A stretch of DNA of 64,000 nucleotides, from contig CBDBGH010000003.1 in the NCBI GenBank assembly GCA_965205265.1, positions 4,416,001-4,480,000 of the forward strand, given 5' to 3'. Position 1 is the stretch's first letter, and the number at the start of each line of letters is the position of its first letter. Shown piece after piece: positions 30,763 to 42,652 of the stretch. A program made the translations under genes and the position numbers. This DNA is from Alphaproteobacteria bacterium. Lineage in GTDB: Bacteria > Pseudomonadota > Alphaproteobacteria > Bin95. The notes below the pieces were generated by a model. It was not told where the DNA came from. It made no database searches and saw nothing but the letters and a program-made list of their open reading frames with translations.

Positions 30763-32459
30763 GCCGCGCGGGCCAGCCGGCCGGGCAGCGCGCCGGTGGC
30801 CTCGCCCTCCTCGAATGTGACCTCGCCCGCGCAGACCGTCGCCCGGTAGCCCTCCGCCCGCTGCACAAGGCGGCGGCCGCCGGCGGGCAGGTCGTGGACC
30901 ATCTCCGGCGGGCGGAGCCTGAGGCGTTCGAAATCGATGATGTTGATGTCGGCGCGCAGCCCCGGCTCCAGCCGGCCGCGGTCGGAGAAGCCGTAAAGGG
31001 CGGCCGTCTCCGCCGTCTGCGCCTTCACCAGCCGGGGCAGCGGGAAGCCCGGCCCCCGGCTGCGGTCGCGGCCCCAATGGGTCAGCACATAGGTCGGGAT
31101 GCTGGCGTCGGAGATCAGCCCGCAATGCGCGCCGCCGTCGCCGAGGCCGAGCACGGTGTGCGGATGGTCCATCATCCGGCGGATATCGCCGTGGTCGAGC
31201 CGGCTGTAGTTCACGAAGGGGAAGAAGATGAGCTCCCGCCCCTCGCGCTCCAGCATCCGGTCCAGCACCAGCTCGCGCGGGTCGCAGCCCTTGCGCTCCG
31301 CCTCGGCGAGCACCGAGCTTTCCGGCGCGGGCTCGTAGTCGGGCGGGTCGCCCAGGGTGAACATCTTGTGGAAGCCGCCGGTCACGTCCTGCATCAGCCG
31401 GCTGCGGTGGTTGCGGCGCTCGCCGAGCAGACGCGCGCGGAACTCCGGCCGGCGGAGGATCGCCACCCGCTCTGCGAGCGGCAGGTGGGCAATTTCCCGG
31501 TAGGCGGGCATGGTCGAGAACGGATGCAGCGAGGCGGAGAGGCCGAGCATCAGCCCGACCGGCCGCGCCGCCACCTGGGCATGCAGCGCCACGCCGTCGG
31601 CCGCGGCCTCCTCCAGCCAGCCGAGCACGCTCTCCCACTGGTCGGGCCGCTCGTCGCGCTGGACGACGGTCAGCCAGCTGCGCCCGTTCGCGCGCTCCGC
31701 CATGCGGCGCAGGAGGTCGAGTTCGTACGCCTCCTCGTCGAGGTCCGAAATCCAGCCGATGGTGCGCCCGCCGACCTTACCCACAGCGTCGGCCAGCCCC
31801 AGCAATTCGCGTTCCTCGGCGAAGGCGCCGGGCACGCGCTCGCCGTCGGCCGTCAGGTGCGCGGTGGTGCGCGTGGTCGTGAAGCCGCGCGCGCCCGCCT
31901 CCAGCGCCTCCCGGACGATGTCGGCCATGACGCCGACATCCTCCTCGGTCGCCGGCTCGTTGGCGATGCCACGCGCGCCCATCGCATAGGCCCGGACGGC
32001 GCAATGCGGCACCTGCGCGGCAATGTCGATGGCGCGCGGGCGCGCCTCCAGCGCGTCGAGATATTCCGGGAAGCTCTCCCAGTCCCAGGTGAGGCCCTCG
32101 GCCAGAGCGGCGCCCGGAATGTCCTCCACGCCCTCCATCATCCGGATCAGCGCATGATGCGCGTCAGGGCGGGCGGGCGCGAAGCCGACGCCGCAATTGC
32201 CCATCACGACCGTGGTAACGCCGTGCCAGCTGGACGGCGCGAGCTCGCTGTCCCAGGTCGCCTGGCCGTCATAGTGGGTGTGGACATCGACGAAGCCGGG
32301 CGTCACCAGCGCGCCGGCCGCATCGATCTCGCGCCGCCCGGGCCCGGCCCTGCCGCCGGCCTCGGCGATGCGCCCGTCCTCGACCGCAATATCGCCGACA
32401 AAGGGCTCGCCCCCGGTTCCGTCGAAGATCGTGCCGCCGCGAATGACCAGATCGTGCAT
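30759..32459 (-). CDS. N-acyl-D-amino-acid deacylase family amidohydrolase
   Basis: [27 protein letters not shown]. Confidence 0.9.
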   Translation of the reverse strand: MHDLVIRGGTIFDGTGGEPFVGDIAVEDGRIAEAGGRAGPGRREIDAAGALVTPGFVDVHTHYDGQATWDSELAPSSWHGVTTVVMGNCGVGFAPARPDAHHALIRMMEGVEDIPGAALAEGLTWDWESFPEYLDALEARPRAIDIAAQVPHCAVRAYAMGARGIANEPATEEDVGVMADIVREALEAGARGFTTTRTTAHLTADGERVPGAFAEERELLGLADAVGKVGGRTIGWISDLDEEAYELDLLRRMAERANGRSWLTVVQRDERPDQWESVLGWLEEAAADGVALHAQVAARPVGLMLGLSASLHPFSTMPAYREIAHLPLAERVAILRRPEFRARLLGERRNHRSRLMQDVTGGFHKMFTLGDPPDYEPAPESSVLAEAERKGCDPRELVLDRMLEREGRELIFFPFVNYSRLDHGDIRRMMDHPHTVLGLGDGGAHCGLISDASIPTYVLTHWGRDRSRGPGFPLPRLVKAQTAETAALYGFSDRGRLEPGLRADINIIDFERLRLRPPEMVHDLPAGGRRLVQRAEGYRATVCAGEVTFEEGEATGALPGRLARAA

Positions 32460-32470
32460 GGGGGCTTTCC

Positions 32471-33475
32471 TCAGTTGTAGAAGGCCTCGAACGCCGCGCC
32501 GACGCGCTCGACATCCTCCGGCTCGATATCCCTGTGGACCACCAGCCGCGTCACCGGGCCGGGCGTGGCTATGACGATGTTGCGCGCTTCCAGATGCCGC
32601 TTGAGCGCGGCCCCGCCCGGCAGGCCGGCATAGACCATGTTGGTGGAGACGCGCTGCACCTCGACCACGGGCGCAAGACGCTCGCCCAGCGCGGCGGCGA
32701 GTTCATGGTCCTCTGCGAGCCGTTCGACATGGGCGTCGAGCGCATGCAGGCCCGCGGCGGCGAGCACGCCGGACTGGCGCATGCCGCCGCCCAGCATCTT
32801 GCGGACACGCCTGCCGCGCTGAATCAATTCCTCGTCCCCGGCGAGCACCGTGCCTGCCGGCGCGCCCAGGCCCTTGGACAGGCAAAGCGACACGGAATCG
32901 GCTCCGGCAGCGGCCGCAGCCGGCGTCTTGCCGGTGGCGGTGGCCGCATTCAGCAGCCGCGCGCCGTCGAGATGCACCCTGAGCCCGTGCGCGCGGGCGA
33001 GCGCCGCGACTTCCTCCATGTAGCCGTCCGGCAGCACGCGCCCGAGCGTGGTGTTCTCCACCGCGATCAGCCGCGGCACCGGCCGGTGAAAGTCCTCGGG
33101 GCGGATCGCGGCCCGGAGCCGGTCGAGGGCCACCGTGCCGTCCTCCTCGACGGGAAGCGTTATCGGCACGATGGAGCCCACCACGGCGGCTCCGCCCGCT
33201 TCCGAGGCGACCGTGTGGTAGGTCTCGCCGGTGATATAGGCCTCGCCGCGCCCGCAATGGCTCATCAGCGCCGTCAGGTTCGATTGCGTGCCGGAGGGGA
33301 GGAACAGCCCTGCTTCCAGCCCCAGCATGTCGGCGACGCGCTGCTCCAGCCGGGCGACGGTCGGGTCCTCGCCATGCACGTCGTCGCCGACCTCGGCGTC
33401 GGCCATGATCCGGCGCATGGCCGGCGTCGGCAGGGTCACGGTGTCGCTTCGGAGGTCGATCCGGCGGTTGGCCAT
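32471..33475 (-). CDS. ltaE: low-specificity L-threonine aldolase
   Basis: IDLRSDTVT, GDDV.GED, HLDGAR, CLSKGLGAP, GGGMRQ. Confidence 0.92.
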   Translation of the reverse strand: MANRRIDLRSDTVTLPTPAMRRIMADAEVGDDVHGEDPTVARLEQRVADMLGLEAGLFLPSGTQSNLTALMSHCGRGEAYITGETYHTVASEAGGAAVVGSIVPITLPVEEDGTVALDRLRAAIRPEDFHRPVPRLIAVENTTLGRVLPDGYMEEVAALARAHGLRVHLDGARLLNAATATGKTPAAAAAGADSVSLCLSKGLGAPAGTVLAGDEELIQRGRRVRKMLGGGMRQSGVLAAAGLHALDAHVERLAEDHELAAALGERLAPVVEVQRVSTNMVYAGLPGGAALKRHLEARNIVIATPGPVTRLVVHRDIEPEDVERVGAAFEAFYN

Positions 33476-33491
33476 GCCGTTTCCGTCCATG

Positions 33492-34832
33492 TCAGGCTGC
33501 CTCCCGGCGGCCGAGCCAGCAGTCGAGATCGGCAAGCGCACGGGCCGCATGCGCGCGTTTGCGTTCGCGGCCCCGGAACCGCCCGTCAAGCGGCGGGAAG
33601 AGGCCGAAATTGACATTCATCGGCTGGTAGGCGCCGGCCGAGGCGGGCCGCGGCCCGGTGACATGGGCCAGCACCGCGCCGAGCGCCGTGGTGGCGGGCG
33701 GGGCATCCGTTTCGCCCGCGGCGAAGCGCCCGGCCAGCAGGCCGATGGCCGCGCTCTCGACATAGCCCTCGACGCCGGCAATCTGGCCGGCGAAGCGCAG
33801 ATACGGGGCCGCCTTCAGGCGCAGTTGTTCGTCCAGCAGGGCCGGCGCGTCGATGAAGCTGTTGCGGTGGATGCCGCCGAGCCTCGCGAACCGCGCCCCT
33901 TCCAGGCCCGGAACCATGCGGAAGACGCGCGCCTGTTCGGCGTGGCGCAGCTTGGTCTGGAAGCCGACGATGTTGTAGAGCGTGCCGAGCGCATTGTCCC
34001 GGCGAAGCTGCACGACGGCGTGGGGACGCGTACCGCTGCGCGGGTCGGTCAGGCCCACCGGCTTCATCGGGCCGAAGCGCAGCGTTTCCGGCCCGCGCGC
34101 CGCCATCACCTCCACCGGCAGGCAGCCCTCGAACCAGGGCGTCAGCGCCTCCCACTCCTTGAACTCGATCCGGTCGGCCTCCAGCAGTGCTTCCACGAAA
34201 GCGTCGTAGCCGGCCTCGTCGAGCGGGCAGTTGATGTAGTCGGCCCCGCTGCCGGCCGGCCCCGGCTTGTCGTAGCGGGACTGGAACCATGCGGTGTCGA
34301 GGTCGATGGAGTCCGCATAGACGATGGGCGCGATGGCATCGAAAAACGCAAGCGCCTCCCGCCCGGTCAGCGCCTGTATGGCTTCCGCGAGCGCGCCGTC
34401 GGTGAGCGGCCCGGTGGCGACGATGGCGGAGCCGGACTCCGGCAGGCTGTCGATGCGCCGGCGTTCTATCGCAACGAGCGGCTCGGCCTCCAATGCGGCG
34501 GTGACGGCACCCGCAAAGTCCTCGCGGTCCACGGCGAGAGCGCCGCCGGCGGGCAGCCGGGTCCTGTCGGCGCAGGCCATGACGAGCGAGTCCGCCCGGC
34601 GCATCTCCTCATGCAGCAGGCCGACGGCATTGTGTTCGGCATCGTCGGAGCGGAAGGAGTTGGAGCAGACGAGCTCGGCGAGCTTCCGCGTCCGGTGCGC
34701 GGGCGTCGGCGTTTCGGGGCGCATCTCGAAGAGCACCGAGCGCACCCCCCGCCGCGCGAGCTGCCAGCAGGCCTCCGCGCCGGCAAGCCCGCCGCCGATG
34801 ACCTGGACCGGGGTATCCGTAAAGGCAGCCAT
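33492..34832 (-). CDS. trmFO: tRNA m5U54 methyltransferase TrmFO
   Basis: [44 protein letters not shown]. Confidence 0.97.
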   Translation of the reverse strand: MAAFTDTPVQVIGGGLAGAEACWQLARRGVRSVLFEMRPETPTPAHRTRKLAELVCSNSFRSDDAEHNAVGLLHEEMRRADSLVMACADRTRLPAGGALAVDREDFAGAVTAALEAEPLVAIERRRIDSLPESGSAIVATGPLTDGALAEAIQALTGREALAFFDAIAPIVYADSIDLDTAWFQSRYDKPGPAGSGADYINCPLDEAGYDAFVEALLEADRIEFKEWEALTPWFEGCLPVEVMAARGPETLRFGPMKPVGLTDPRSGTRPHAVVQLRRDNALGTLYNIVGFQTKLRHAEQARVFRMVPGLEGARFARLGGIHRNSFIDAPALLDEQLRLKAAPYLRFAGQIAGVEGYVESAAIGLLAGRFAAGETDAPPATTALGAVLAHVTGPRPASAGAYQPMNVNFGLFPPLDGRFRGRERKRAHAARALADLDCWLGRREAA

Positions 34833-34895
34833 GCCTCCTTATACCCCGGCCCGAACTGGCCGCGAAACTCGCGATGGTTTCGCCTCGCGTTATCT

Positions 34896-36587
34896 TTACG
34901 GCAGCCGGTCGCCGTCCTCGTAGCGTTGCCAGGCGCTGATCTGGAGCGGCGAGGCGCGCACATGCAGCACGACCGGGCGCGAGCGCACCGCGAAGGCCCG
35001 GGCCACCGCGTCCGCTACCTGCGATTCCGCCTCGATGGCGATGCCCTCCGCGCCGAAGGAGCGCGCCCAGGCGGCGAAATCGGGGTTGGTGAGGCGCGTG
35101 CCGGCCATGAAGGGGCGGCCCGGATAGCGCATGTGGCTGTGCATGCCGATGGTGCCGTACATGCCGTTGTCCGCGATCACGGCGATCGGAGCAGCGCCGT
35201 ACTGGCAGGCCGTGGCGAGCTCGTTGCCCATCATCAGCGCGCCGCCGTCGCCCATGAAGGCCACCACCTGCGTGCCCGGCCGGCGCATCGCGGCGGCGAC
35301 CGCCATCGGCATGCCGGAGCCCATCGCGCCCACCACGGACGCCAGGAACACCTGCCCCTGCCGGAAGCCGATATGGCGATGAAGGAAGGTCGCGAAATTG
35401 CCGGCATCGGAGGTGACCGTGGCGTCGGGCGCGAGATGCTTGCCGATCTCCGCCACGACGGCCGAGAAGTTCACCCCGTCCTCGCGCGGCTCCCAGGGCC
35501 GTTCCAGCAGGCGGCGGTGGGTGTTGTGCAGCCCGTCGACCCAGCCGCGGCGGCGCGCGCCGTCGGCGGGCGCGGGCCGGGCGAGCAGCGCCTTCACGAC
35601 CTCATGCGGGCTCGCCGCGATGCCGAGCGTCGGGCGCCAGACGCGGCCGATCTCGTTCGGGTCCGGCCAGATGTGGACCAGCGGCAATTGCGGCTCCGGC
35701 GCGGTCGGGAAGGTGTAGGACTGGCTCACGCTGTCGGTCAGCCGCTCGCCGAGCGCGATCATCAGGTCGGAGCGCTTCATCTCGTCCAGCAGCTCCTTCG
35801 GCACCCTGATGCCCATATAGCCGCCATGGTTCGGGTGGTCGTAGTCGAAGAGCTGCGGCCGGCGGTGGGTCGGCACGACCGGCAGCACCCAGCTTTCCGA
35901 GAGGCGCACCAGGTCGCCGAACAGCGCCGGGTCGCGCACCGCATCCGCCATCGCGCCGCCGCCGGCCAGCAGCAGCGGGCGCTCGGCCGCCCCGATCATG
36001 GCGATGAGCGCGTCCACGTCATCGGGCCGGGGGGCGGGAATCGGGCGCGGGCGCGGCGGCGCGAGCGCCGCGTCGGTCTCCTCGTCGAAAATGTCCTCCG
36101 GCAGGATCACCGCCACCGGGCCCGGCGTGCCGGACTCGGCGAGATGGAAGGCGCGCGCCATCGCTTCCGAGGCCTGCTCCGGCTCGTTCACCTCGATCAC
36201 GTCCTTGGAGATGTCGGAGAGCAGGCGGGAATAGTTCTGCTCCTGGAGGGCGAGGCGGCCCATGTCGCGCCGCTCGACCTGCCCGATCAGCATCACCAGC
36301 GGCGTCGCATCGTGGAAGGCGGTGTGCATGGCGACCAGCCCGTTGGCGAGGCCGGGGCCGCGCGAGACCATGGCGACGCCTGCGCGGTCGCGCATCCGCC
36401 CGTCGGCGGCCGCCATGAAGCCCGCGCCCGCTTCGTGCCGGCAGACCGCGACCTGGATCGAGTTGCGCTCGACCATGGTGCTGGTGAGGCCGATATAGCT
36501 CTCGCCGGGCACGCAATAGACGCGGTCCACATCGTGCGCCTCCAGGCTTTCCACCAGCAGGCGGGCGACGGTTCTGTTCTCCGGCAT
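34896..36587 (-). CDS. thiamine pyrophosphate-dependent enzyme (acetolactate synthase-like)
   Basis: CVPGESY, CRHEAGA, GDGG...N..YG TPP motif. Confidence 0.9.
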   Translation of the reverse strand: MPENRTVARLLVESLEAHDVDRVYCVPGESYIGLTSTMVERNSIQVAVCRHEAGAGFMAAADGRMRDRAGVAMVSRGPGLANGLVAMHTAFHDATPLVMLIGQVERRDMGRLALQEQNYSRLLSDISKDVIEVNEPEQASEAMARAFHLAESGTPGPVAVILPEDIFDEETDAALAPPRPRPIPAPRPDDVDALIAMIGAAERPLLLAGGGAMADAVRDPALFGDLVRLSESWVLPVVPTHRRPQLFDYDHPNHGGYMGIRVPKELLDEMKRSDLMIALGERLTDSVSQSYTFPTAPEPQLPLVHIWPDPNEIGRVWRPTLGIAASPHEVVKALLARPAPADGARRRGWVDGLHNTHRRLLERPWEPREDGVNFSAVVAEIGKHLAPDATVTSDAGNFATFLHRHIGFRQGQVFLASVVGAMGSGMPMAVAAAMRRPGTQVVAFMGDGGALMMGNELATACQYGAAPIAVIADNGMYGTIGMHSHMRYPGRPFMAGTRLTNPDFAAWARSFGAEGIAIEAESQVADAVARAFAVRSRPVVLHVRASPLQISAWQRYEDGDRLP

Positions 36588-36737
36588 GGCCTCTCGGGTC
36601 CCCTTCTCCGAATTCCGCGCGCGACCCTAGCTGCCTTCGCCCGGCCTGCAAATGCGGCGGATTGCGGGGTCGGCAGGGCGTTTCCACCCGGTGCGGAAAC
36701 GCTTAGGCTCCGCACCGTCGGAGAGGGGCGGAGCGCC

Positions 36738-37919
36738 ATGGGCGAATTCACGATCAGGGGCAAGGTGGCGGTCGCCGGCGTCGGCGAGACGACCTACTGG
36801 AAGCATGGGCGAAGTCCCCATGCCGAGTTCAAGCTGGCCTTGATGGCGATTCTGGCGGCGGCGGAGGACGCCAGCATCGATCCGACCGAGATCGACGGCT
36901 TCGCCTCCTATTCCAACGACCGCAACGATCCCTCGCGCATCGCCGCCGCGCTCGGCTGCCGGGAGCTTGCCTTCTCCAACATGCAATGGGGCGGCGGCGG
37001 GGGCGGCGGGTCGGCGGCCATCGCGAACGCTGCCGCGGCCATCGTCTGCGGCTATGCGCGCTGCGTGGTCGTGTTCCGCGCGCTCGCCCAGGGACAATTC
37101 CAGCGCTTCGGGCAGGCGGCGGCGGGCGGGTCGGCGGCGGGCCACGACGCCTTCACCGTGCCTTACGGCGTCATGTCGCCCGCGCAGAAATACGCCATGC
37201 GCTACCAGCGCTTCGCCCATGAGCATGGCATCGAGCGCTCGGCGCTCCGGGCGATCTCCATGGCCTCCTACCACCATGCGCAGCAGAACCCGCGCGCCGT
37301 GATGTACGGCCGCCCGCTCTCCGAGGAGGATTACGACGCCTCGCGCTGGATCACCGAGCCCTTCCGGCTGTTCGACTGCTGCCAGGAAAATGACGGCGCG
37401 GCGGCTATCCTGCTGGTGGCGGCCGAGCGCGCGCGCGACCTGCCGCACAAGCCCTGCTACCTGCTAGGCGCGGCGGCGGGCTCCGAATACCGCAACGGCG
37501 CGCCGGTCCACAATGCGCCGCTCTACGGCACGTCGAGCTTCACCACCGTTGCCCCGCGCGCCTTCGCCATGGCGGGGATTTCAGCGGCCGATGTCGATGT
37601 CGCGCAGTCCTACGAGAACTTCACCGGCGGGGTGCTGATGAGCCTGGTCGAGCACGGCTTCTTCGCGCCGGAGGAGGCGAACGACTTCCTCACCCTCGAC
37701 AATCTGCGCGCCGACGGCGGCCGCCTGCCGCTCAACACGAGCGGCGGCAACCTGGCGGAATGCTACATGCACGGGCTGGAGCTGAATATCGAGGCGGTGC
37801 GGCAGGTTCGCGGCCAGTCTCCGAACCAGGTGGAGGGGGCCGAGATTTCCGTCGTCGGCTCCGGGCCGATGGTGACGCCCGTCAGCAGCACCGTGTTCGG
37901 GGCGGAGGCGGCGCTGTGA
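36738..37919 (+). CDS. SCP-x-type thiolase-like protein (Ltp family)
   Basis: VAGVGET, LFDCCQENDGAAA, PLNTSGG.L.E.Y.HG. Confidence 0.85.
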   Translation: MGEFTIRGKVAVAGVGETTYWKHGRSPHAEFKLALMAILAAAEDASIDPTEIDGFASYSNDRNDPSRIAAALGCRELAFSNMQWGGGGGGGSAAIANAAAAIVCGYARCVVVFRALAQGQFQRFGQAAAGGSAAGHDAFTVPYGVMSPAQKYAMRYQRFAHEHGIERSALRAISMASYHHAQQNPRAVMYGRPLSEEDYDASRWITEPFRLFDCCQENDGAAAILLVAAERARDLPHKPCYLLGAAAGSEYRNGAPVHNAPLYGTSSFTTVAPRAFAMAGISAADVDVAQSYENFTGGVLMSLVEHGFFAPEEANDFLTLDNLRADGGRLPLNTSGGNLAECYMHGLELNIEAVRQVRGQSPNQVEGAEISVVGSGPMVTPVSSTVFGAEAAL

Positions 37920-38344
37920 GCCACTTGCCTGAGGGAATGCCGCGCCCGCTCGCGGACGAGCTGACGGAACCCTTCTGGGCCGCTGCGCGCGAGGAGCGGC
38001 TTCTGGTGCAGCGCTGCGCCGACTGCGGGACCTGGCAATGGGGCCCCGAATGGTGCTGCCACGCCTGCCGGTCCTTCGAGATGGGCTGGGCGGAGGCCCC
38101 GACCGGGGGGCGCATCTATTCCTGGGAGCGGAACTACCACCCGGTGCACCCCGCGCTCAGGGGCCGGGACCCCTATGTCGTCGTGCTGGTGGAACTGCCG
38201 GAAGCGGGCGGCGTGCGCATGGTCGGCAACCTCCTCGGCGACCCCATGCAGGACGTCCGCATCGGCGCGGAGGTCGAGGCCGTCTTCGAGCACCATGACG
38301 AGGCGGACCCGCCCTACACGCTGGTGCAATGGCGGTATGTCTGA
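37916..38344 (+). CDS. Zn-ribbon/OB-fold DUF35 protein
   Basis: PFW, QRCADCG...CC.AC.S, PYVVVLVEL; GTGA coupled to the thiolase. Confidence 0.88.
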   Translation: MSHLPEGMPRPLADELTEPFWAAAREERLLVQRCADCGTWQWGPEWCCHACRSFEMGWAEAPTGGRIYSWERNYHPVHPALRGRDPYVVVLVELPEAGGVRMVGNLLGDPMQDVRIGAEVEAVFEHHDEADPPYTLVQWRYV

Positions 38345-38370
38345 GGGAGGGACCCTCCGGCCCTGGCCCG

Positions 38371-39039
38371 TCAATCCGGATCGGCTGTTTCCGCCGCCTC
38401 GTCGCCCGTCTCTTCCGCCTCCACCGCCGCCGGCGCCTTGGCGACGCCGACCATCGCCGGCCTCAGCAGGCGGTCGTGGAGGAGGTAGCCGTCCTGGACG
38501 ACCTGGACGACCGTGCCGGGTTCCGCGTCCGCCGACTCCACCTCGAACATCGCCTGGTGGCGGTTGTGGTCGAAGCGTTCGCCCTCCGCCTCGATGCGCG
38601 CGATATGGTGGCGGGCAAAGGCGGCGCTGAGCTCGCGCTCCACCATTTCGACGCCTTCCATCAGCCCCTCGCCGGCACCGCTCTCGAGCGCCCGGCGCAG
38701 ATTGTCGGCAACGCCCAGCAGGTCGCGTGCAAGCCCCGTGGCGCCGTAGCGCGACGCCTCGCCGCGCTCGCGCTCGCTCCGCCGGCGCATGTTCTCGACC
38801 TCGGCGAGCGCGCGCAGCCGCTCGTCCCTGAGCGCCTGCGCTTCCGCCTCCAGCTCGGCGATGCGCGCCGCCTGCTCGGCGAGCGGGTCGAACTCTTCCG
38901 CGCCCGCGTCTTCCGGTTCCGCCTCCGCCGAATCCGGTGCGGACGCTTCCTCCGCGGCCGGCGCTTCGTCGTTCGCTGCAGCCTCCGCTTCCGGCGGGGC
39001 CTCCTCATCCGTTTCCGGTCCGCGCTTCGCGTCCATCAT
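38371..39039 (-). CDS. grpE: nucleotide exchange factor GrpE
   Basis: RALAEVENMRRR, DLL.VADNL.RAL, FDHNRHQAM, GY.LHDRLLRPAMV. Confidence 0.95.
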   Translation of the reverse strand: MMDAKRGPETDEEAPPEAEAAANDEAPAAEEASAPDSAEAEPEDAGAEEFDPLAEQAARIAELEAEAQALRDERLRALAEVENMRRRSERERGEASRYGATGLARDLLGVADNLRRALESGAGEGLMEGVEMVERELSAAFARHHIARIEAEGERFDHNRHQAMFEVESADAEPGTVVQVVQDGYLLHDRLLRPAMVGVAKAPAAVEAEETGDEAAETADPD

Positions 39040-39044
39040 TCGTC

Positions 39045-40112
39045 TCACCCTCTCTCGGGAGCCAGCATGCGTTCGATCACCCGCGCCGTATAGTCCACCA
39101 TCGGCACGATGCGGGCATAATTCAGGCGCGTCGGCCCGAGCACGCCGATGGCGCCCACAACACGCTCCTGCCCGTCGCGATAGGGGCTGACCACCATGGA
39201 CATGCCCGTCTGGCTGAAGACCGTGTTCTCCGCCCCGATGAAGATCTGCACCCCTTCGCCCGTCTGGGCCGCCTCCACCAGGCGCAGGATGTTCTCGCGC
39301 GTCTCGAGCGCGTCGAACAGGCCGCGCAGCCGCTCCAGGTCCTCGACGGCGTGCACGTCGTCCAGGAGCCGCGCGCGGCCGGTCACGATCAGCCGCCCGC
39401 CGTCCTGGCTGCGCTCTCCGGCCCATACGGCAAGCCCGGCTTCGACAACGCTCTGCGCCAGCGCGTCGATCTCCGCGCGGTGCGTTTCCAGGTCCGCGCG
39501 GATTTCCAGCAGCGCCTCCTCCAGCGTGCGCCCGGAGAGCCGGGACTGGAGATAGTTGGCGGCGCGCTGCAGGGCGTCCGCCGGCAGGCCCGGCGGCAGG
39601 GTCAGCATCCGGTTCTCGACCTGGCCCGTCTCGTCCACCAGCACGGCAAGCGCACGCCCCTCGCCCAGATTGACGAACTCGATATGGTTCAGCCGCTGCG
39701 CCCGCTTCGGCGCCACCACCAGGCCGGCATGGCGCGTGAGGCCCGCCAGCAGGCGGCTGGCCCGCTCCAGACTCTGTTCCAGCGTAACGCCCGCGCCCGC
39801 GCAGAGGGCCTCGATGTCCTCGCACTCGCTGTCGGTCAGCCCGCCGGTCTGCATGATGCCGTCCACGAAGAGGCGCAGGCCGCCGTCGGTCGGCAGCCGT
39901 CCGGCGGAGGCATGGGGCGAGAACAGGAGGCCCAGCTCCTGGAGGTCCGCCATCACGTTGCGGATCGTGGCCGGCGAGAGCGGCCGGCCGAGCTTGCGCG
40001 CGAGCGTGCGCGAGCCGACCGGTTCGCCCGTTTCCATCCAGGCATCCACGATCAGCCCGAAGACCTCGCGCGAGCGCGCGTCGAGATCGGCAAGTCCCGG
40101 CGAGCCGGCCAT
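39045..40112 (-). CDS. hrcA: heat-inducible repressor HrcA
   Basis: [40 protein letters not shown]. Confidence 0.97.
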   Translation of the reverse strand: MAGSPGLADLDARSREVFGLIVDAWMETGEPVGSRTLARKLGRPLSPATIRNVMADLQELGLLFSPHASAGRLPTDGGLRLFVDGIMQTGGLTDSECEDIEALCAGAGVTLEQSLERASRLLAGLTRHAGLVVAPKRAQRLNHIEFVNLGEGRALAVLVDETGQVENRMLTLPPGLPADALQRAANYLQSRLSGRTLEEALLEIRADLETHRAEIDALAQSVVEAGLAVWAGERSQDGGRLIVTGRARLLDDVHAVEDLERLRGLFDALETRENILRLVEAAQTGEGVQIFIGAENTVFSQTGMSMVVSPYRDGQERVVGAIGVLGPTRLNYARIVPMVDYTARVIERMLAPERG

Positions 40113-40209
40113 GCAACAAAGACTCTTCCAAGCGGTGCCCGGAGGATTTAGGAACCCGCCGGGCAGGCGTCAACCGGGCGCCCGGCCCCAGGAGGCGAGC
40201 AACGATCAC

Positions 40210-40938
40210 ATGACCGAACCCGTCCGTCCCTCGGGACGCCGCCCCGACGAACTCCGCAATGTGGTGCTGGAACCCGGCTGGGCGCCCTATGCGGAAGGCT
40301 CCTGCCTCGCGAGCTTCGGGGCGACGCGCGTGCTCGCCGCGGCCTCGGTGGAAACGCGCGTGCCGCCCTGGCTGCGCGGGCGCGGGCGCGGCTGGATCAC
40401 AGCCGAATACGGCATGCTGCCGCGCTCGACCCATGAGCGCACGGACCGCGAGGCGGCGCGCGGGCGCCAGAGCGGCCGCACGCAGGAAATCCAGCGCCTG
40501 ATCGGCCGCTCGCTGCGCGCTGTCGCCGACCTGCAGGCCCTCGGCGAAATCCAGATCCGCATCGACTGCGATGTGCTGCAGGCTGACGGCGGCACCCGCA
40601 CCGCGGCCGTTACCGGTGGCTATGTGGCCCTTGCGCTGGCCTGCCGGCACCTGCAGCGGATCGGCGCGGTGAAGAAGCCGGTGCTGACCGACTCGGTCGC
40701 CGCCGTCTCCTGCGGGCTCTGGCAGGGCGCGCCGGTGCTCGACCTCGACTATGCCGAAGACAGCGCGGCGGAGGCGGACGCGAATTTCGTGCTGACCGGC
40801 GCGGGCGCGCTGGTCGAGGTGCAGGCGACGGCCGAGAAGACGGCTTTCCCCCGCCACCGGCTCGACGCCCTGCTGGACCTGGCGGAGGCCGGCTGCGCGC
40901 GGCTCGCGGAGGCGCAGCGCCGCGCGCTTGAGCCGTGA
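40210..40938 (+). CDS. rph: ribonuclease PH
   Basis: [41 protein letters not shown]. Confidence 0.97.
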   Translation: MTEPVRPSGRRPDELRNVVLEPGWAPYAEGSCLASFGATRVLAAASVETRVPPWLRGRGRGWITAEYGMLPRSTHERTDREAARGRQSGRTQEIQRLIGRSLRAVADLQALGEIQIRIDCDVLQADGGTRTAAVTGGYVALALACRHLQRIGAVKKPVLTDSVAAVSCGLWQGAPVLDLDYAEDSAAEADANFVLTGAGALVEVQATAEKTAFPRHRLDALLDLAEAGCARLAEAQRRALEP

Positions 40939-41525
40939 CCCGGCGGCTCGACGGCAAGCGGCTCGTCATCGCCAGCCACAATGCCGGCAAGGTCGGCGAG
41001 ATCGCCGAACTGCTGGCGCCTTTCGGCATCGAGGGCGTGGCGGCTTCCGCGCTCGGCCTGCCGGAGCCGGAAGAGACGGGCGCAACCTACCTCGCCAATG
41101 CCGAGCTCAAGGCGCGCGCGGCGGCGACGGCCGGACTGCCTGCCCTGGCCGACGATTCGGGCCTTGCCGTCGCGGCGCTCGGCGGCGCGCCCGGCATCTA
41201 TTCCGCCCGCTGGGCCGGCCCCGGCCGCGACTTCGGGCGCGCCATGGCGGCGGTGCATGACCGCCTTGGGGACCGGCCGCGCGAGGCCGCATTCGTCGCC
41301 GCGCTCGCGCTCGCCTGGCCGGACGGGCATCTCGAGTCCTTCGAGGGGCGGGTGGAGGGCCGGGTGGTATGGCCGCCGCGCGGGAACCGGGGTTTCGGTT
41401 ACGACCCGATCTTCGTGGCGCACGGCCATGACGAGACCTTCGGCGAGATGGACCCGGAAGCGAAGGCGCGCATCACCCATCGCGCGCGGGCCTTCGAGAA
41501 GCTGGCGGCAGCCTGTTTCCCATGA
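40935..41525 (+). CDS. rdgB: non-canonical purine NTP pyrophosphatase
   Basis: [33 protein letters not shown]. Confidence 0.95.
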   Translation: MTRRLDGKRLVIASHNAGKVGEIAELLAPFGIEGVAASALGLPEPEETGATYLANAELKARAAATAGLPALADDSGLAVAALGGAPGIYSARWAGPGRDFGRAMAAVHDRLGDRPREAAFVAALALAWPDGHLESFEGRVEGRVVWPPRGNRGFGYDPIFVAHGHDETFGEMDPEAKARITHRARAFEKLAAACFP

Positions 41526-42652
41526 CGGACCGGGGCTTCGCCGTCTATGTGCACTGGCCGTTCTGCGAGTCCAAGTGCCCCTATTGCGACTTCAACAGCC
41601 ATGTGCGCGAACGGGTGGACCAGGCTGTCTGGCGCGAGGCCCTTCTGCACTCGCTCGAAAGCTGGGCCGGGGAGACGCCCGGGCGGACGGTCGGCAGCGT
41701 CTTTTTCGGCGGCGGCACCCCCTCGCTGATGGCGCCGGAGACAGCGGCCTCGGTGCTGGAGCGGGTGCGTGCGCTCTGGCCGGTCGCGGACGGCCTGGAA
41801 GTCACGCTGGAGGCCAATCCCGGCTCGGTCGAGGCCGGCCGCTTCCATGCCTTCGCCGAGGCGGGCGTCAACCGGCTCTCGCTCGGTGTGCAGTCCTTCC
41901 GGGACGGTGAGCTGGGCTTTCTCGGCCGCCGCCATGACGCCCGCGCTGCCCGCGCCGCGCTCGAACTGGCGCACCGCACTTTCCCGCGCGTCTCCTTCGA
42001 CCTGATCTATGCGCTGCCCGGCCACACCGCCGCGGAATGGGCCGCCCGCCTCGACGAGGCGCTCGCGCTCGCGGGCGAACATCTCTCACTCTACCAGCTT
42101 ACCATTGAGCCCGGCACGGCCTTCGCGCCGCGCGCGGCGCGCGGCGACATCGTGCTGCCGGAGGAGGACGAGGCGGCCCGGCTCTACGAGACCACGCAGG
42201 ACCGCCTGGCGGCCGCCGGCCTGCCGGGCTACGAGATATCGAACCACGCCCGGCCGGGCGCGGCCTGCCGGCACAACCTGACTTACTGGCGGGGCGGGGA
42301 GTGGGTCGGCGTCGGGCCCGGCGCGCACGGCCGCATCGACACCGAAGAAGGCCGCATCGCCACCGCAGAGCGCCGCGCCCCGGAGGCATGGCTGGCCGAA
42401 GCCGGCCGCCGGGGCCGGGCCGTCGGCGAACGCCGCCTGCTCGAACCGCTTGAAGCCATGCAGGAGCGCATCCAGACCGGTCTCCGGCTGGCGGAAGGCA
42501 TTCCAGCGGACGGGCTGGCGCCGGCCATCGACGCGGACCGGCTTGCGCATCTGCGGGCCGAGGGGCTGCTCTCGGCGCGGACAGACCGCCTCCAGGCGAC
42601 TCCGGCCGGGCGGCAGCGGCTCGACGCGGCGGTCCGCTACCTGCTCATCTGA
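41522..42652 (+). CDS. hemW: radical SAM heme chaperone HemW
   Basis: [32 protein letters not shown]. Confidence 0.95.
   Translation: MTDRGFAVYVHWPFCESKCPYCDFNSHVRERVDQAVWREALLHSLESWAGETPGRTVGSVFFGGGTPSLMAPETAASVLERVRALWPVADGLEVTLEANPGSVEAGRFHAFAEAGVNRLSLGVQSFRDGELGFLGRRHDARAARAALELAHRTFPRVSFDLIYALPGHTAAEWAARLDEALALAGEHLSLYQLTIEPGTAFAPRAARGDIVLPEEDEAARLYETTQDRLAAAGLPGYEISNHARPGAACRHNLTYWRGGEWVGVGPGAHGRIDTEEGRIATAERRAPEAWLAEAGRRGRAVGERRLLEPLEAMQERIQTGLRLAEGIPADGLAPAIDADRLAHLRAEGLLSARTDRLQATPAGRQRLDAAVRYLLI

Noticed and set aside
40113-40209. CIRCE element upstream of hrcA
   Set aside because: No TTAGCACTC-N9-GAGTGCTAA match seen.
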